Shown here one piece after another: positions 55,473-64,000 of a stretch of 64,000 nt of DNA (position 1 is its first letter; every line of letters begins with the position of its first letter). The position numbers were made by a program, and so were the translations under genes. A model generated the notes under the pieces. That model saw only the letters and a program-made list of their open reading frames with translations. It had not been told where the DNA came from and searched no databases. Source of the DNA: Eubacteriales bacterium (GTDB lineage Bacteria; Bacillota; Clostridia; Oscillospirales; CAG-272); the NCBI GenBank assembly GCA_045585895.1, contig JAZMZI010000051.1, positions 12,696-76,695 of the forward strand, written 5' to 3'.

Positions 55473-56792
55473 TTATCTTTTTCTCGTGTATCTGCCTTTG
55501 GAATTAAATCGGTTCAGATATTTGTAGACCAACACCGCAGCCATTGCAAGGATAAAGAATATAACGGTAGCCGCAAACGCGCGGCTCTTGGTATAAGAAC
55601 CTATAACATCAACTATCCTCATAACTCCGTTGACCTCACAGTCCTCGCTGAGAATAAGATCGCACTCGCCGACTTTTTCGCCGTTGACGGTGGCAACTAC
55701 CTTACCCACCACGTCGCCCGCCTTTATAGGAGCGCGCAGGTCGTCGTTCAGCACCGTGGAGCAGGAGACCTTAGCGCTTCCCGAAGGAAGATAAGCCACG
55801 AGATCTTCCGCAGTTTCGTAGGGTATCTCTCCGCCCATGGTCAGACCGATCCTGGCACTGCCGAGATTTTTTCCCTTGATATATACCGTTTTGTTTTCGT
55901 AGGTGCTGCAAGCCCATTTTGCCACGCGGTTAACGTCCTCGAAGGCGTAGATCTTGCTGCCGTTTTCGTTTTCCTTGCCGCCAAGCAGAACGCAGATATA
56001 ATCGACGTTTTCGCCAACCTTTTCCTTGTCACGGATAAGAGTTACTATGCTCCATCCTCCCTTTTCGCCCGAATATCCCGCGTTCATGCCGAAACAGGAC
56101 GAATTGTGATATTGGGTGTATTGTGAGGATGATATAAGGTGATTTCGATTGTATTTATGAAGTCCCGATGCCGTGTCGTAGCTGACGGCGGAGCATATCT
56201 CCATATAAAGCTTGTTTTCGGAAGCCGCCAAGGCGATCTTGAGCACGTCGTAAGCCGTGGTGATCATACCGTCGCTGTCGGGGTAGCCTAAAGGATTGTG
56301 ATAGACGGTATTTTTTGCGCCAAGCTCGCTTGCCCGTACGTTCATCATATCTACGAAGGCTTGGGGACTGCCCGCGACGACGTGAGCTATAACGTAAGCC
56401 GCGTCGTTATAGGAGCCGCAGATCGCGTGATATAAGAGATCGCGTATGCTGATAGTCTCGCCCACGCGAAGATCGATTCGGCTTCCCGAAACGCCATCAA
56501 GCATTTCAGCGGTGATCGTGACCGTTTCCTTGAGTCGGTTCTCAAGATTTTCGCAAGCTACGAGCCCCATCGTCACCTTTGCGCTGGTGGAGGTGTTCAG
56601 CATAGCGTAGCCGTTTTCCTCAATGATATACTTTTCATGGGTCTTATCGTAAAGCACCAGAGCCTCACACCCCGATATCTGAGGCTTGTCAGCCGCCTCC
56701 GCCTCTATGGGGAGCGCGGTAATTATCGTTATAAATAAGAGCAGGAGCGCCGTGATGACGGCGGTGCGGCGCCCTGTTTTGCTGTTGTTCAT
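55473..56792 (-). CDS. PBP5/DacB-like D-Ala-D-Ala carboxypeptidase homologue with degenerate catalytic motifs
   Basis: Signal peptide and C-terminal TM anchor. The S-Y-N (SxN) motif is kept. The SxxK position reads TSAK and the KTG position reads NAG (by-eye alignment to B. subtilis DacB/DacF). Confidence 0.6.
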   Translation of the reverse strand: MNNSKTGRRTAVITALLLLFITIITALPIEAEAADKPQISGCEALVLYDKTHEKYIIEENGYAMLNTSTSAKVTMGLVACENLENRLKETVTITAEMLDGVSGSRIDLRVGETISIRDLLYHAICGSYNDAAYVIAHVVAGSPQAFVDMMNVRASELGAKNTVYHNPLGYPDSDGMITTAYDVLKIALAASENKLYMEICSAVSYDTASGLHKYNRNHLISSSQYTQYHNSSCFGMNAGYSGEKGGWSIVTLIRDKEKVGENVDYICVLLGGKENENGSKIYAFEDVNRVAKWACSTYENKTVYIKGKNLGSARIGLTMGGEIPYETAEDLVAYLPSGSAKVSCSTVLNDDLRAPIKAGDVVGKVVATVNGEKVGECDLILSEDCEVNGVMRIVDVIGSYTKSRAFAATVIFFILAMAAVLVYKYLNRFNSKGRYTRKR

Positions 56793-56813
56793 CGTCGGTC
56801 TCCTTTCTCGATC

Positions 56814-57797
56814 TTAAAGTGTGACCTGCGTGAGAAATTCAGCACCCTCGGAGGCGAAATAATCATTCGTTCGTAAGGCATCGGCGGCTATCTGCCGTCT
56901 CAGGTCGCGGAGTGAATCGAATTTCTTTTCCTCTCGGAGATAGTGATAAAACTCCACCCTTAGAATCTGACCGTATATGTTTTTATCGAAATCGCAGATA
57001 TAGGTCTCGCAGTTTACCGCGTGGGAGTCGCTTCCGTCGGTTATTGAAGGGCGAATGCCCACGTTTGAAACGCCGATATACCGCTTGCCGTCCTCCGTGT
57101 AGCAGAGAGAAGCGTATATACCGCGTTTGGGAGTTACGACGCCTTCTTTAAAACACATATTTGCGGTGGGAAAACCGAGAACGTGTCCCAGATGCTTGCC
57201 CTGCTTGACCGTTGCGGTCAGGGACACGGGACGCTCCAGCATTTTTGCCGCCAATTCAACTTCACCCTTGGCGATATGCTCACGTATAGCCGAGGAGCTG
57301 ACCGTTTCGCCGAAAAGCTTGATCTCGGGTACTATCTTGACGTTATTTTCCCCGAAAATATCTTCAAGCATTTTTGGAGAGCCGAGACCGCCTTTTCCAA
57401 ATCGGTGATTGAAACCGCAGACCGCCCCTACCGCACCAAGCTCACCCTTGAGTAGGGCCTCAACGAATTCGTTTGCAGTCAGAGAAAGGATCTCTTTGAA
57501 ATCTCCGACCGCCACGAAATCAAGCCCCAAAGATAGAAGGATTTCGACCTTTTCGTCAAGAGTGCAGAGCATAGACGCGTCAGCCTTGCCGAGAACGCTT
57601 GAGGGAAGCTCCGAAAAGCACCACGCGCCAACGCTGCAAGCCCCGATCCGCTCCTTAAGAGCAATAGCCTCGCTGATGATAGACTTATGAGCGGAGTGAA
57701 CACCGTCGAAGGTTCCGAGAGCGATAACCGAGCCTTTCTCGGGAAGAGAAGTGCCGTTTGGGGCTCGAAGTACGGTGTAAAATGACTTGTTATTCAT
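56814..57797 (-). CDS. ribF: bifunctional riboflavin kinase / FMN adenylyltransferase
   Basis: GTFDGVHSAH, GFNHRFG, LGFPTAN, E..I.DF...IYG. Confidence 0.9.
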   Translation of the reverse strand: MNNKSFYTVLRAPNGTSLPEKGSVIALGTFDGVHSAHKSIISEAIALKERIGACSVGAWCFSELPSSVLGKADASMLCTLDEKVEILLSLGLDFVAVGDFKEILSLTANEFVEALLKGELGAVGAVCGFNHRFGKGGLGSPKMLEDIFGENNVKIVPEIKLFGETVSSSAIREHIAKGEVELAAKMLERPVSLTATVKQGKHLGHVLGFPTANMCFKEGVVTPKRGIYASLCYTEDGKRYIGVSNVGIRPSITDGSDSHAVNCETYICDFDKNIYGQILRVEFYHYLREEKKFDSLRDLRRQIAADALRTNDYFASEGAEFLTQVTL

Positions 57798-58102
57798 TAT
57801 CCGTTATTATCCTTAAATTCTTTTTCAACAGATGCAATATAGAGAGATACCATATTGCTGAGCAATTCGTCACGATCAAGCTTTGTGACAAGAGTTCTCG
57901 CGCCCTTGTAGTTGGTTATGTGAGTGGGGTCTTCGGAAATCAGATAACCTACTATCTGGGTCGTGGGATTGTACCCGCCCTCTTTGATAGCGCGGCAGAT
58001 CTCGTAAAAGAGCTCTTTTGGATCTCGCTCTGCGCTTCTTGCGTCGTTAGCGGGGCGGGATGCGGTTTTAATAATTATTCTTTCGTTGTTATTGAGTATC
58101 AT
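57797..58102 (-). CDS. ireB: IreB family regulatory phosphoprotein (UPF0297)
   Basis: GYNPTTQIVGYLISEDPTHITNYKGAR. Confidence 0.85.
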   Translation of the reverse strand: MILNNNERIIIKTASRPANDARSAERDPKELFYEICRAIKEGGYNPTTQIVGYLISEDPTHITNYKGARTLVTKLDRDELLSNMVSLYIASVEKEFKDNNG

Positions 58103-58126
58103 TTTTTATCCTTTGATTGTATTTAA

Positions 58127-58705
58127 TCAACCGAGAAGTTCCTCGGTGAGAGAGTCCGCGTGCTTTTTAATAAGGGAAGCATAGTATGCCACCACTATGA
58201 CTTCAAGCGCCCTTGAAAGTCTTTCGCGCGCGCCGGGCATGACCTCCTTATATCCTGCGGTCTCCTCCTCGATAGCCTGACGGATCGAGCCGAGAGAGCA
58301 GAGATCGTACGTCATAAGCTTGTCCAGAATTTTACAGATGTAATCGTAAAGCACGCTGTCCTCGATAATATCGTCGCTTCTGTCGTCAACGCTACCGTTT
58401 ATGTATTGGATAAGAGAAGCTATTTTATCCAGCTGCATACAGGAGCGGAGCATATTGATTATAAGAATGTGAGCTATCTGATTAATGTCGTATTTTTTCA
58501 ACTTTGAGTTAGCAACCCAGCCTCTCTTTGTCCAGTTTTGAAGGGTAGAGCCGTCAATTCCCGATATCTCGCGTATCTGGGTCAGCATAACGCCGTCGGA
58601 GATAAAAAAGATTTTGGAGAGAAACTCAAGTCCTGTAACGTCGCCCATCTGGGAGCGGTGAAGGATCGTACCGGGGATAAGCTCGTCTTTGATTTGAAGA
58701 TTCAT
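58127..58705 (-). CDS. DUF1836 domain protein
   Basis: LTQIREISGIDGSTLQNWTKRGWV...KKYDINQIAHILIINMLR. Confidence 0.7.
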   Translation of the reverse strand: MNLQIKDELIPGTILHRSQMGDVTGLEFLSKIFFISDGVMLTQIREISGIDGSTLQNWTKRGWVANSKLKKYDINQIAHILIINMLRSCMQLDKIASLIQYINGSVDDRSDDIIEDSVLYDYICKILDKLMTYDLCSLGSIRQAIEEETAGYKEVMPGARERLSRALEVIVVAYYASLIKKHADSLTEELLG

Positions 58706-58886
58706 ACTTTTTTCCTTTCAAAGTCATATTTTGCCGAATTGTGTCACGGTTAGGCATAATTACATCAATTTATAATTTTATTATATCTTACGGTCACTTG
58801 ATTGTCAAGCGGTTTCGCAAAAATCGCAAATATTTTTTCGTCGGCGCACATAAGCTTAACTGATATTTTCGAATAGGGGCGAGAGC

Positions 58887-59534
58887 GTGAAGAAGGTAAG
58901 ATTCGGTCTTGGTGGAATAGTGATGATGGCGGCAATGCTGGTCTCTGACAGCGGTGCGCTTATACTTATATACGTTTTGGCGGCGGCGCTTCACGAAGCG
59001 GGGCATCTTTTGGCGGCAAAAATACTTAAAGTCGGAGTAAGCGAGATAAAATTCGGCTTTTCGGGGGTACGGATAGTTACGGACGAGCGGCTGACCTCGT
59101 ACCGCCGAGAGATCATACTTGCATTGGCGGGACCCGTGACGAATCTTCTCGCGCTTCTTTTTTCGCTTACCGTATTCAGAATTCGCGGAGAAGGTTTTTT
59201 GACACTGTTGACTCTCGGCAGCGAGATGCTCCTTTCGGGAGAAGGAAATTTATATGGCGCGCTGTCTTTTTTTGCGCTTTCCTCGCTGGTTCAGGCGGCG
59301 GTGAACCTCTTGCCTGTGAAAACCTTTGACGGGGGAAGAGTTTTATACTGTCTTGCGGCAGAGCTTTTGGGAGAGAACGTAGCGGAGCGTATCATCGACG
59401 TTACAACCGCGTTTTCCGCGTTTGTTCTCTGGACGCTCGCTCTCTATCTTATGCTCCGCGTCTCGTCGGGACTTGGGATATACGTTTTCTCCGCGTTTAT
59501 CTTTGCAAGCGTAATAATGGGGAACGATCGCTAA
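58887..59534 (+). CDS. site-2 protease (M50) family membrane metalloprotease
   Basis: HEAGH zinc motif inside a TM helix. GTG start per the ORF track; an ATG 30 nt downstream is an alternative. Confidence 0.75.
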   Translation: MKKVRFGLGGIVMMAAMLVSDSGALILIYVLAAALHEAGHLLAAKILKVGVSEIKFGFSGVRIVTDERLTSYRREIILALAGPVTNLLALLFSLTVFRIRGEGFLTLLTLGSEMLLSGEGNLYGALSFFALSSLVQAAVNLLPVKTFDGGRVLYCLAAELLGENVAERIIDVTTAFSAFVLWTLALYLMLRVSSGLGIYVFSAFIFASVIMGNDR

Positions 59535-59581
59535 AATGGGGTTTAGAGGGGAGGGGGACGCGAGGGATGCGCGCCTCCCCG
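59533..59581 (+). repeat. G-rich ~50-nt element, copy 2 (immediately after the S2P stop, sense orientation)
   Basis: AAAATGGGGTTTAGAGGGGAGGGGGACGCGAGGGATGCGCGCCTCCCCG. Confidence 0.7.
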
Positions 59582-59600
59582 ATAAATCAAGATATAAACA

Positions 59601-59629
59601 CAAAAAACCGCCCCTTAAGGCGGTTTTTT
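59601..59629. terminator. bidirectional terminator
   Basis: AAAAAACCGCC-CCTTAA-GGCGGTTTTTT. Confidence 0.8.
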
Positions 59630-59653
59630 GTGTGCGTTTTAAAAACAAAATAT

Positions 59654-60460
59654 TTACATTTGCGCAATTCTTCTCGCTCTTTCGGCGCACTCCGCGAAGA
59701 ATTGGTCCTCGGTCATTTTACGGTATTCGGGCTTGGTGGTATTAAAGACCTCAAGCATGATGGGGCCTTGATAGCCTACGGCATCGAGACGGCGCACCAT
59801 ATCTGCGTAGTCAAGCTTGCCATCGAAGGGAAGATAGTGGAAGTCGGGGTCGATGCTTCTGTCATATCCTAAATTGTCGTGAATGTGTACGCAAGCAAGC
59901 TTGTCGCCAAAGGTTTTTATCCAATCCTGTTGGGGGGTATAGCTGAACTCGTGCCCGCAATCGTAACAATACTTAACGTATTCGCGGTCTTTATATCTTT
60001 CCATCAGTGCCAGTAGATTGTCAACGGCGCGGAGATTTTCAAAGCAGACCGTCACTTTCTTGTTTTCGGCATAGTCAACCAGCTCGTCGAATCGTGAAAA
60101 ACCGACTTCACTCATAGCAGGCGGCTCCCATCCGCTGGACAGATGGAAGATTACCATAGGGATGGAATACTCTGCCGCTAAGTCGACGGAAAGTTTCATT
60201 CCGTTGTAAAGCTCAAGGTAAGCGTCGCCCTCGATCCAAAAATCATTGATACCTCTGAAGGGAGCGTGAATGAAATCAAGGCTCATGCCCATCTTGTCGC
60301 CCACGGAGCGGTATTTGGCGAAATCGCCGTCGTTACTGCCAATAAAGAAGTGTTCAAAGCCGACCTTGCTCAGCTTTTCTATGTGGGAATAGATGACATC
60401 CTCGTAATCTCGGGCGCTGTCGCGGAAGCAGTCGGCGTTTATGCCGATCTTTCTTTTCAT
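59654..60460 (-). CDS. sugar phosphate isomerase/epimerase (xylose-isomerase-like TIM barrel)
   Basis: General pattern only (FHLS...CFEN...HIHDN). Confidence 0.55.
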   Translation of the reverse strand: MKRKIGINADCFRDSARDYEDVIYSHIEKLSKVGFEHFFIGSNDGDFAKYRSVGDKMGMSLDFIHAPFRGINDFWIEGDAYLELYNGMKLSVDLAAEYSIPMVIFHLSSGWEPPAMSEVGFSRFDELVDYAENKKVTVCFENLRAVDNLLALMERYKDREYVKYCYDCGHEFSYTPQQDWIKTFGDKLACVHIHDNLGYDRSIDPDFHYLPFDGKLDYADMVRRLDAVGYQGPIMLEVFNTTKPEYRKMTEDQFFAECAERARRIAQM

Positions 60461-60484
60461 TTCGGTTGCCTCGCTTTTAGCTCA

Positions 60485-61909
60485 TTAAAGATTATAATAC
60501 TTATCAAACTCTGCGGGGTGGGGAATCTTGCTCATTTCAGCGCACTCGGCTCTCTTTGCCTTGATGAAGTTAGCAAGCAATTCCTTGGGGAATACACCGC
60601 CTGCGGTGAGGTAGTCGTTGTCCTTCTCCAAAGCGTCCAGAGCCTCGGGGAGGCTGGTGGGAAGACCCTGAAGCTTTGCCTTTTCCTCCTCGGGAAGGTG
60701 GAAGAGGTTGAAATCGTAGGGGCCCCAACCCTCTGCGTGAGGATCGATCTTGTTCTTGATTCCGTCGAGACCCGCCATAAGGATAGCCGCGTAGCAGAAG
60801 TAGGGGTTGCAGGTCGCGTCGGGGTTACGAAGCTCGAAGCGGCGCTTGTCGGGGCTCTTTGCGTATGCGGGGATTCTGATGACCGCGGAACGGTTGGAGG
60901 TAGCGTAACCGACGGTTACGGGAGCCTCGAAGCCGGGAACGAGACGCTTGAAGGAGTTGGTGGAGGGGTTGGTAAGGGCGCAGAGCGACGCGATATGCTT
61001 AAGAAGACCGCCCATAAAGTAGTGCGCGGTCTCGGAGAGGTGCGCGTAGCCGTTGACGTCGGAGAACACGGGAGTGCCGACCTTAAAGAGAAGCATATGA
61101 ACGTGCATTCCGCTGCCCGCCTCGCCGTAAATGGGCTTGGGCATGAAGGTAGCGCTCTTGCCGTATTTCAGCGCGGTGTTGTGGATGATGTACTTGATCA
61201 TCATAGTAGCGTCAGCCATGTGAACGACCTCGCCGAGCTGAGGCTCGATCTCAAACTGACCCGAAGCCGCAACCTCGGGGTGATGGTAGTTGATCTCGAT
61301 GCCCGCGTCCTTCATGTGCATGCACATTTCGCTTCTGCACTCGTAGGATACGTCAAAGGGCTTTGCAATGTGGTAGTTCTTCTGCTTGGGAACGATAACG
61401 CCACGACCCTCGGTTGCGCTGTTCCAATAGGACTGGACCGCGTCGACCTGAGAGAAGATGCAATTTGCGTCAACGCTCCAGTTGACCTCGTCGAAGAGAT
61501 AGAACTCAAACTCGGGAAGTATCTTCATCTCGTCGGCAACGCCCTGATCCTTCATGTACTGCACGGCAGCTTTGATGATATTTCTGGGGTACTGAGCGAG
61601 AGGACGGTTTTCGGGATTGTCGATGATCATCGCGTTACCCGTCATGGAGAGGGTAGGGATAGAGCAGAAGGGGTCGATGACGGCAGTGTCGGGGTCGGGA
61701 ATAAAGACCATATCGCTCTTTTCGACTACCGCGTAGCCGTAGTTGGAGGCGTCGAAGCCGATGCCGCTCTTCATGGTGTCCTCGGAGAAATTCTCCGCGG
61801 GGATGGTAACGTGACGGTATTGACCGTTGATGTCGACCATCTTGAAGTCAACCATTTTAATGTCGTTTTCTTTGATCAACTTCATAATGTCTTTAACTGT
61901 TTTTGCCAT
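60485..61909 (-). CDS. glnA: glutamine synthetase, type I
   Basis: 474 aa. VDFKMVDINGQYRHV, GFDASN, PKPIYGEAGSGMHVH, NSFKRLVPGFEAP, RNPD..CNPY. Confidence 0.9.
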   Translation of the reverse strand: MAKTVKDIMKLIKENDIKMVDFKMVDINGQYRHVTIPAENFSEDTMKSGIGFDASNYGYAVVEKSDMVFIPDPDTAVIDPFCSIPTLSMTGNAMIIDNPENRPLAQYPRNIIKAAVQYMKDQGVADEMKILPEFEFYLFDEVNWSVDANCIFSQVDAVQSYWNSATEGRGVIVPKQKNYHIAKPFDVSYECRSEMCMHMKDAGIEINYHHPEVAASGQFEIEPQLGEVVHMADATMMIKYIIHNTALKYGKSATFMPKPIYGEAGSGMHVHMLLFKVGTPVFSDVNGYAHLSETAHYFMGGLLKHIASLCALTNPSTNSFKRLVPGFEAPVTVGYATSNRSAVIRIPAYAKSPDKRRFELRNPDATCNPYFCYAAILMAGLDGIKNKIDPHAEGWGPYDFNLFHLPEEEKAKLQGLPTSLPEALDALEKDNDYLTAGGVFPKELLANFIKAKRAECAEMSKIPHPAEFDKYYNL

Positions 61910-61953
61910 AATTTTTTCTCTCCAATCCGAGTAAAATTTTTATTTCAACCTAA

Positions 61954-61982
61954 ATTATAGCATTTTTTGCGCGTTTTGTCAA
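61954..61982 (-). promoter_or_regulatory. glnA promoter TTGACA-17-TATAAT
   Basis: Reverse strand: TTGACA at 61982-61977 and TATAAT at 61959-61954. Confidence 0.65.
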
Positions 61983-62009
61983 TCTTTATGCAAAAAAAAT
62001 AAAACTTAG

Positions 62010-64000
62010 GACAGTTACAACGAATCTGCAAAAAAACTCGTTCCCTTTATCGCGGGTGACGATTTCCACACCTACATAGTAAGACTTGACGATCTCGGTA
62101 ATGAAAATTACAGCGGATTTTTGACGGGTATCCGTCTTGATATTGCCCATAACGCAGGCGAGAAGATCGAGATACAGTCTATAAAGGCGGTAGATTATAC
62201 CGACAACGTCATCCCCGTAAGACTTGACAGAGGACTCCACGCATATTCAGATAAGCTTCATCAGGAGATCCATCTCGTTACCACCGACAAGACCAGAGAC
62301 GTGGCTTCTTACGGTATGCTCACTCAGATCGATGCCGGCACCGTGGCTAAGATACTTGTATACGACGCGTCGGGCTTCCACACCTCTCTTGACGGAGTCG
62401 ATTGGAACACCGCGGAATACGTAGGCTTTGACATAAAGAACGTAGGTATATTCGGATATATCCTTGCCAATGATCCTTCCAGCGGAAAGCTTACAGTAAC
62501 TCTTGAAAACGGTATATATAATATCGTTCAGGAATACACTATTGAGCCCGATACTCTCCTTTACGAGAATCACAATATGTATATGGGTCACCGTATATAT
62601 ACCGACGATAAGCATAATTTCTCGGACTTCCAAAGAGCAGCCGTTATCGAGCGCAATCCTCTCGGAGCGGAGAATTTCGTCGTTGAATACGATATGGGTA
62701 ATCAGGCGAAATACGTAGGCTACAATTATCTTCGCGGAGCTTACGAGATCAATATGAAGGGAACGAGCTTCAACAACGCGTACTATCAGATCTGGAACCG
62801 CCATTTTACCGCGACCGTTACGGTCAAGGGCGACGATCTTAACAGAAAGATCTATTTGTATACTTCCACGAAGTCGGGTAACCTTGAGTGCGCGGCGCTT
62901 CTTGATAAAAATCAGATGATGCTCCCCGTACCGCTTCAGGTCATCAAGAATTTTGCGGGTGACGGCGAAGACTCCATCTTCGTAAAAGATATTTCTTACA
63001 GTGAAGTGTATCTTCCCGTAAAGGTAGACGCGGGAAGCGAGCAGACCTTCTCGGTGCTTAATCTCTATCAGAACTGGGGCGCGCATCCCTTAAAGCAGCT
63101 TTCTTGGATACAGTTCGCATCTCCTTACTACCATATCTCCACGGGAGCAACCGAGACCAACTGTATTATGCCTATGTACGGCGGCGGTCCCTCTTGGAAG
63201 ATAGTTCACGATCCTTCGGTGGGCGACATTCACGAGTTCTTCGTGGTGTCGGGTAAGACCCTGTCCACGCTCCCTGACTTCAGAGCTATGTCGGGTATTC
63301 TTTGGAAGGATCAGCCTCAGCACAACAGCTGTATGGATATAACCTGGCTTGAGTATTACACCAAGGACGGAAGCTACGTTGCCAGCGATTTCGTCGACGA
63401 CGTTATCTCCTCTTACGGTCCTACTTACGCGGATATAACTCTTGATTATATTTCCGATGACGGCAAGATAGACGCAAGCTACCGTCACGCCGAAATGCCT
63501 CAGACCGATGAGACAAGAACATATTACACTATAAGACTCGACGTAAAAGATACCGTTGAGATCGCAAGCTTCAAGAACGACTTCAATATCTTTGAGACCA
63601 ACTCCCGTTTCGGTCCTTACCGTTATATAGGATATCTTAACGAGGCAGGAGAGCAGGTTGTTGAAGAATCAGACCGCTCGGGTGAGAGAAGATTTATCAC
63701 TCTTGGCAAAGAGAATCCTTATTTCGGATATTTCTACTATTATTTACAGCCGAGCAGCACTATGTGCAACTACGCCGTAATAATCAAGAATTGGGATATA
63801 GTTATCGGCGGAGAGAAGTATGAGGGCAATTTCCTTATAGAAGAGAGATTTGCTGATAATTACAATTATACGAGATTTACCCTTGATCTTGACGAAATAA
63901 CCCTTGAAGAGGGCGACTATATCGATATCGATATGATCCTTCTTCCTTGGGGTAAGGCAAACGATACCGAGGATACCAACGTCCGTCAGGTAAGACAGGA
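62010..64000 (+). CDS. large hypothetical protein, open to the window end; 5' end unresolved (possibly truncated)
   Basis: Hand translation shows one uninterrupted frame from the TAG at 62007-62009 to 64000 (DSYNESAKKLVPFIAGDDFHTY...GKANDTEDTNVRQVRQ), with codon usage like the neighbouring genes. It is absent from the ORF track because it has no stop in the window. The first in-frame starts (TTG 62121, GTG 62301, ATG 62316) lack an SD. Confidence 0.55.

Noticed and set aside
60266-61960. 564-aa plus-strand ORF covering the whole glnA locus
   Set aside because: It is antisense to a textbook glutamine synthetase. Its composition is dominated by V/G/D/L/H, it has no RBS and no recognisable motif. 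This is a classic shadow ORF produced by the codon bias of the real gene.
62247-63488. Minus-strand ORFs of 279 and 132 aa
   Set aside because: They lie opposite a longer uninterrupted plus-strand frame with native codon usage. They have Ile/Val/Arg-rich shadow-type composition and no RBS.

Overview
64-kb chromosomal window, most likely from an anaerobic Clostridia-like Firmicute. That origin is inferred only from gene content and synteny: lepB-ylqF-rnhB-yraN, ireB, a SipW-type peptidase, indolepyruvate:ferredoxin oxidoreductase, GGAGG Shine-Dalgarno sites, TTGACA-17-TATAAT promoters and hairpin+T-run terminators. No search or folding tool was available. All calls rest on motifs readable in the supplied translations or in my own hand translations, and all identity estimates are by eye. 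There are about 65 protein genes and no rRNA, intact tRNA, CRISPR array, transposase or integrase.

Layout:
(i) 1-7.7 kb is a visibly AT-richer accessory island. It holds an HTH-Vsr-Dcm module (dcm cut by the window edge). It also holds a tightly coupled two-gene operon: a Schlafen-like AlbA_2/wHTH protein plus a 957-aa AEP(PrimPol)-SF2 helicase-PLD(HKD) nuclease fusion. This operon is my best candidate for an undescribed defence system. The island further contains a decayed tandem second copy of that operon, three direct copies of a structured non-coding module bracketing the cassettes, a tRNA 3'-end fragment with phased iterons, and a candidate sRNA.
(ii) 7.7-16.7 kb holds a radical SAM / P-loop kinase / GNAT operon and a TetR-associated redox/hydrolase cluster.
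(iii) 17.3-26.8 kb holds an 8-gene aryl-acid / aromatic amino-acid operon (SSS permease, 2x PaaK, IorAB, ACT, amidohydrolase, aminotransferase). It is preceded by a Phe/Tyr-rich leader peptide plus terminator, which looks like a ribosome-mediated attenuator.
(iv) 27-34.8 kb holds glpK, a split chrA pair, a dGTPase-like gene and pepT.
(v) 34.8-42.1 kb holds a two-component system plus a SipW-fusion secreted-protein operon.
(vi) 42.2-64 kb is housekeeping, interspersed with unusual GC-rich hairpin repeats.
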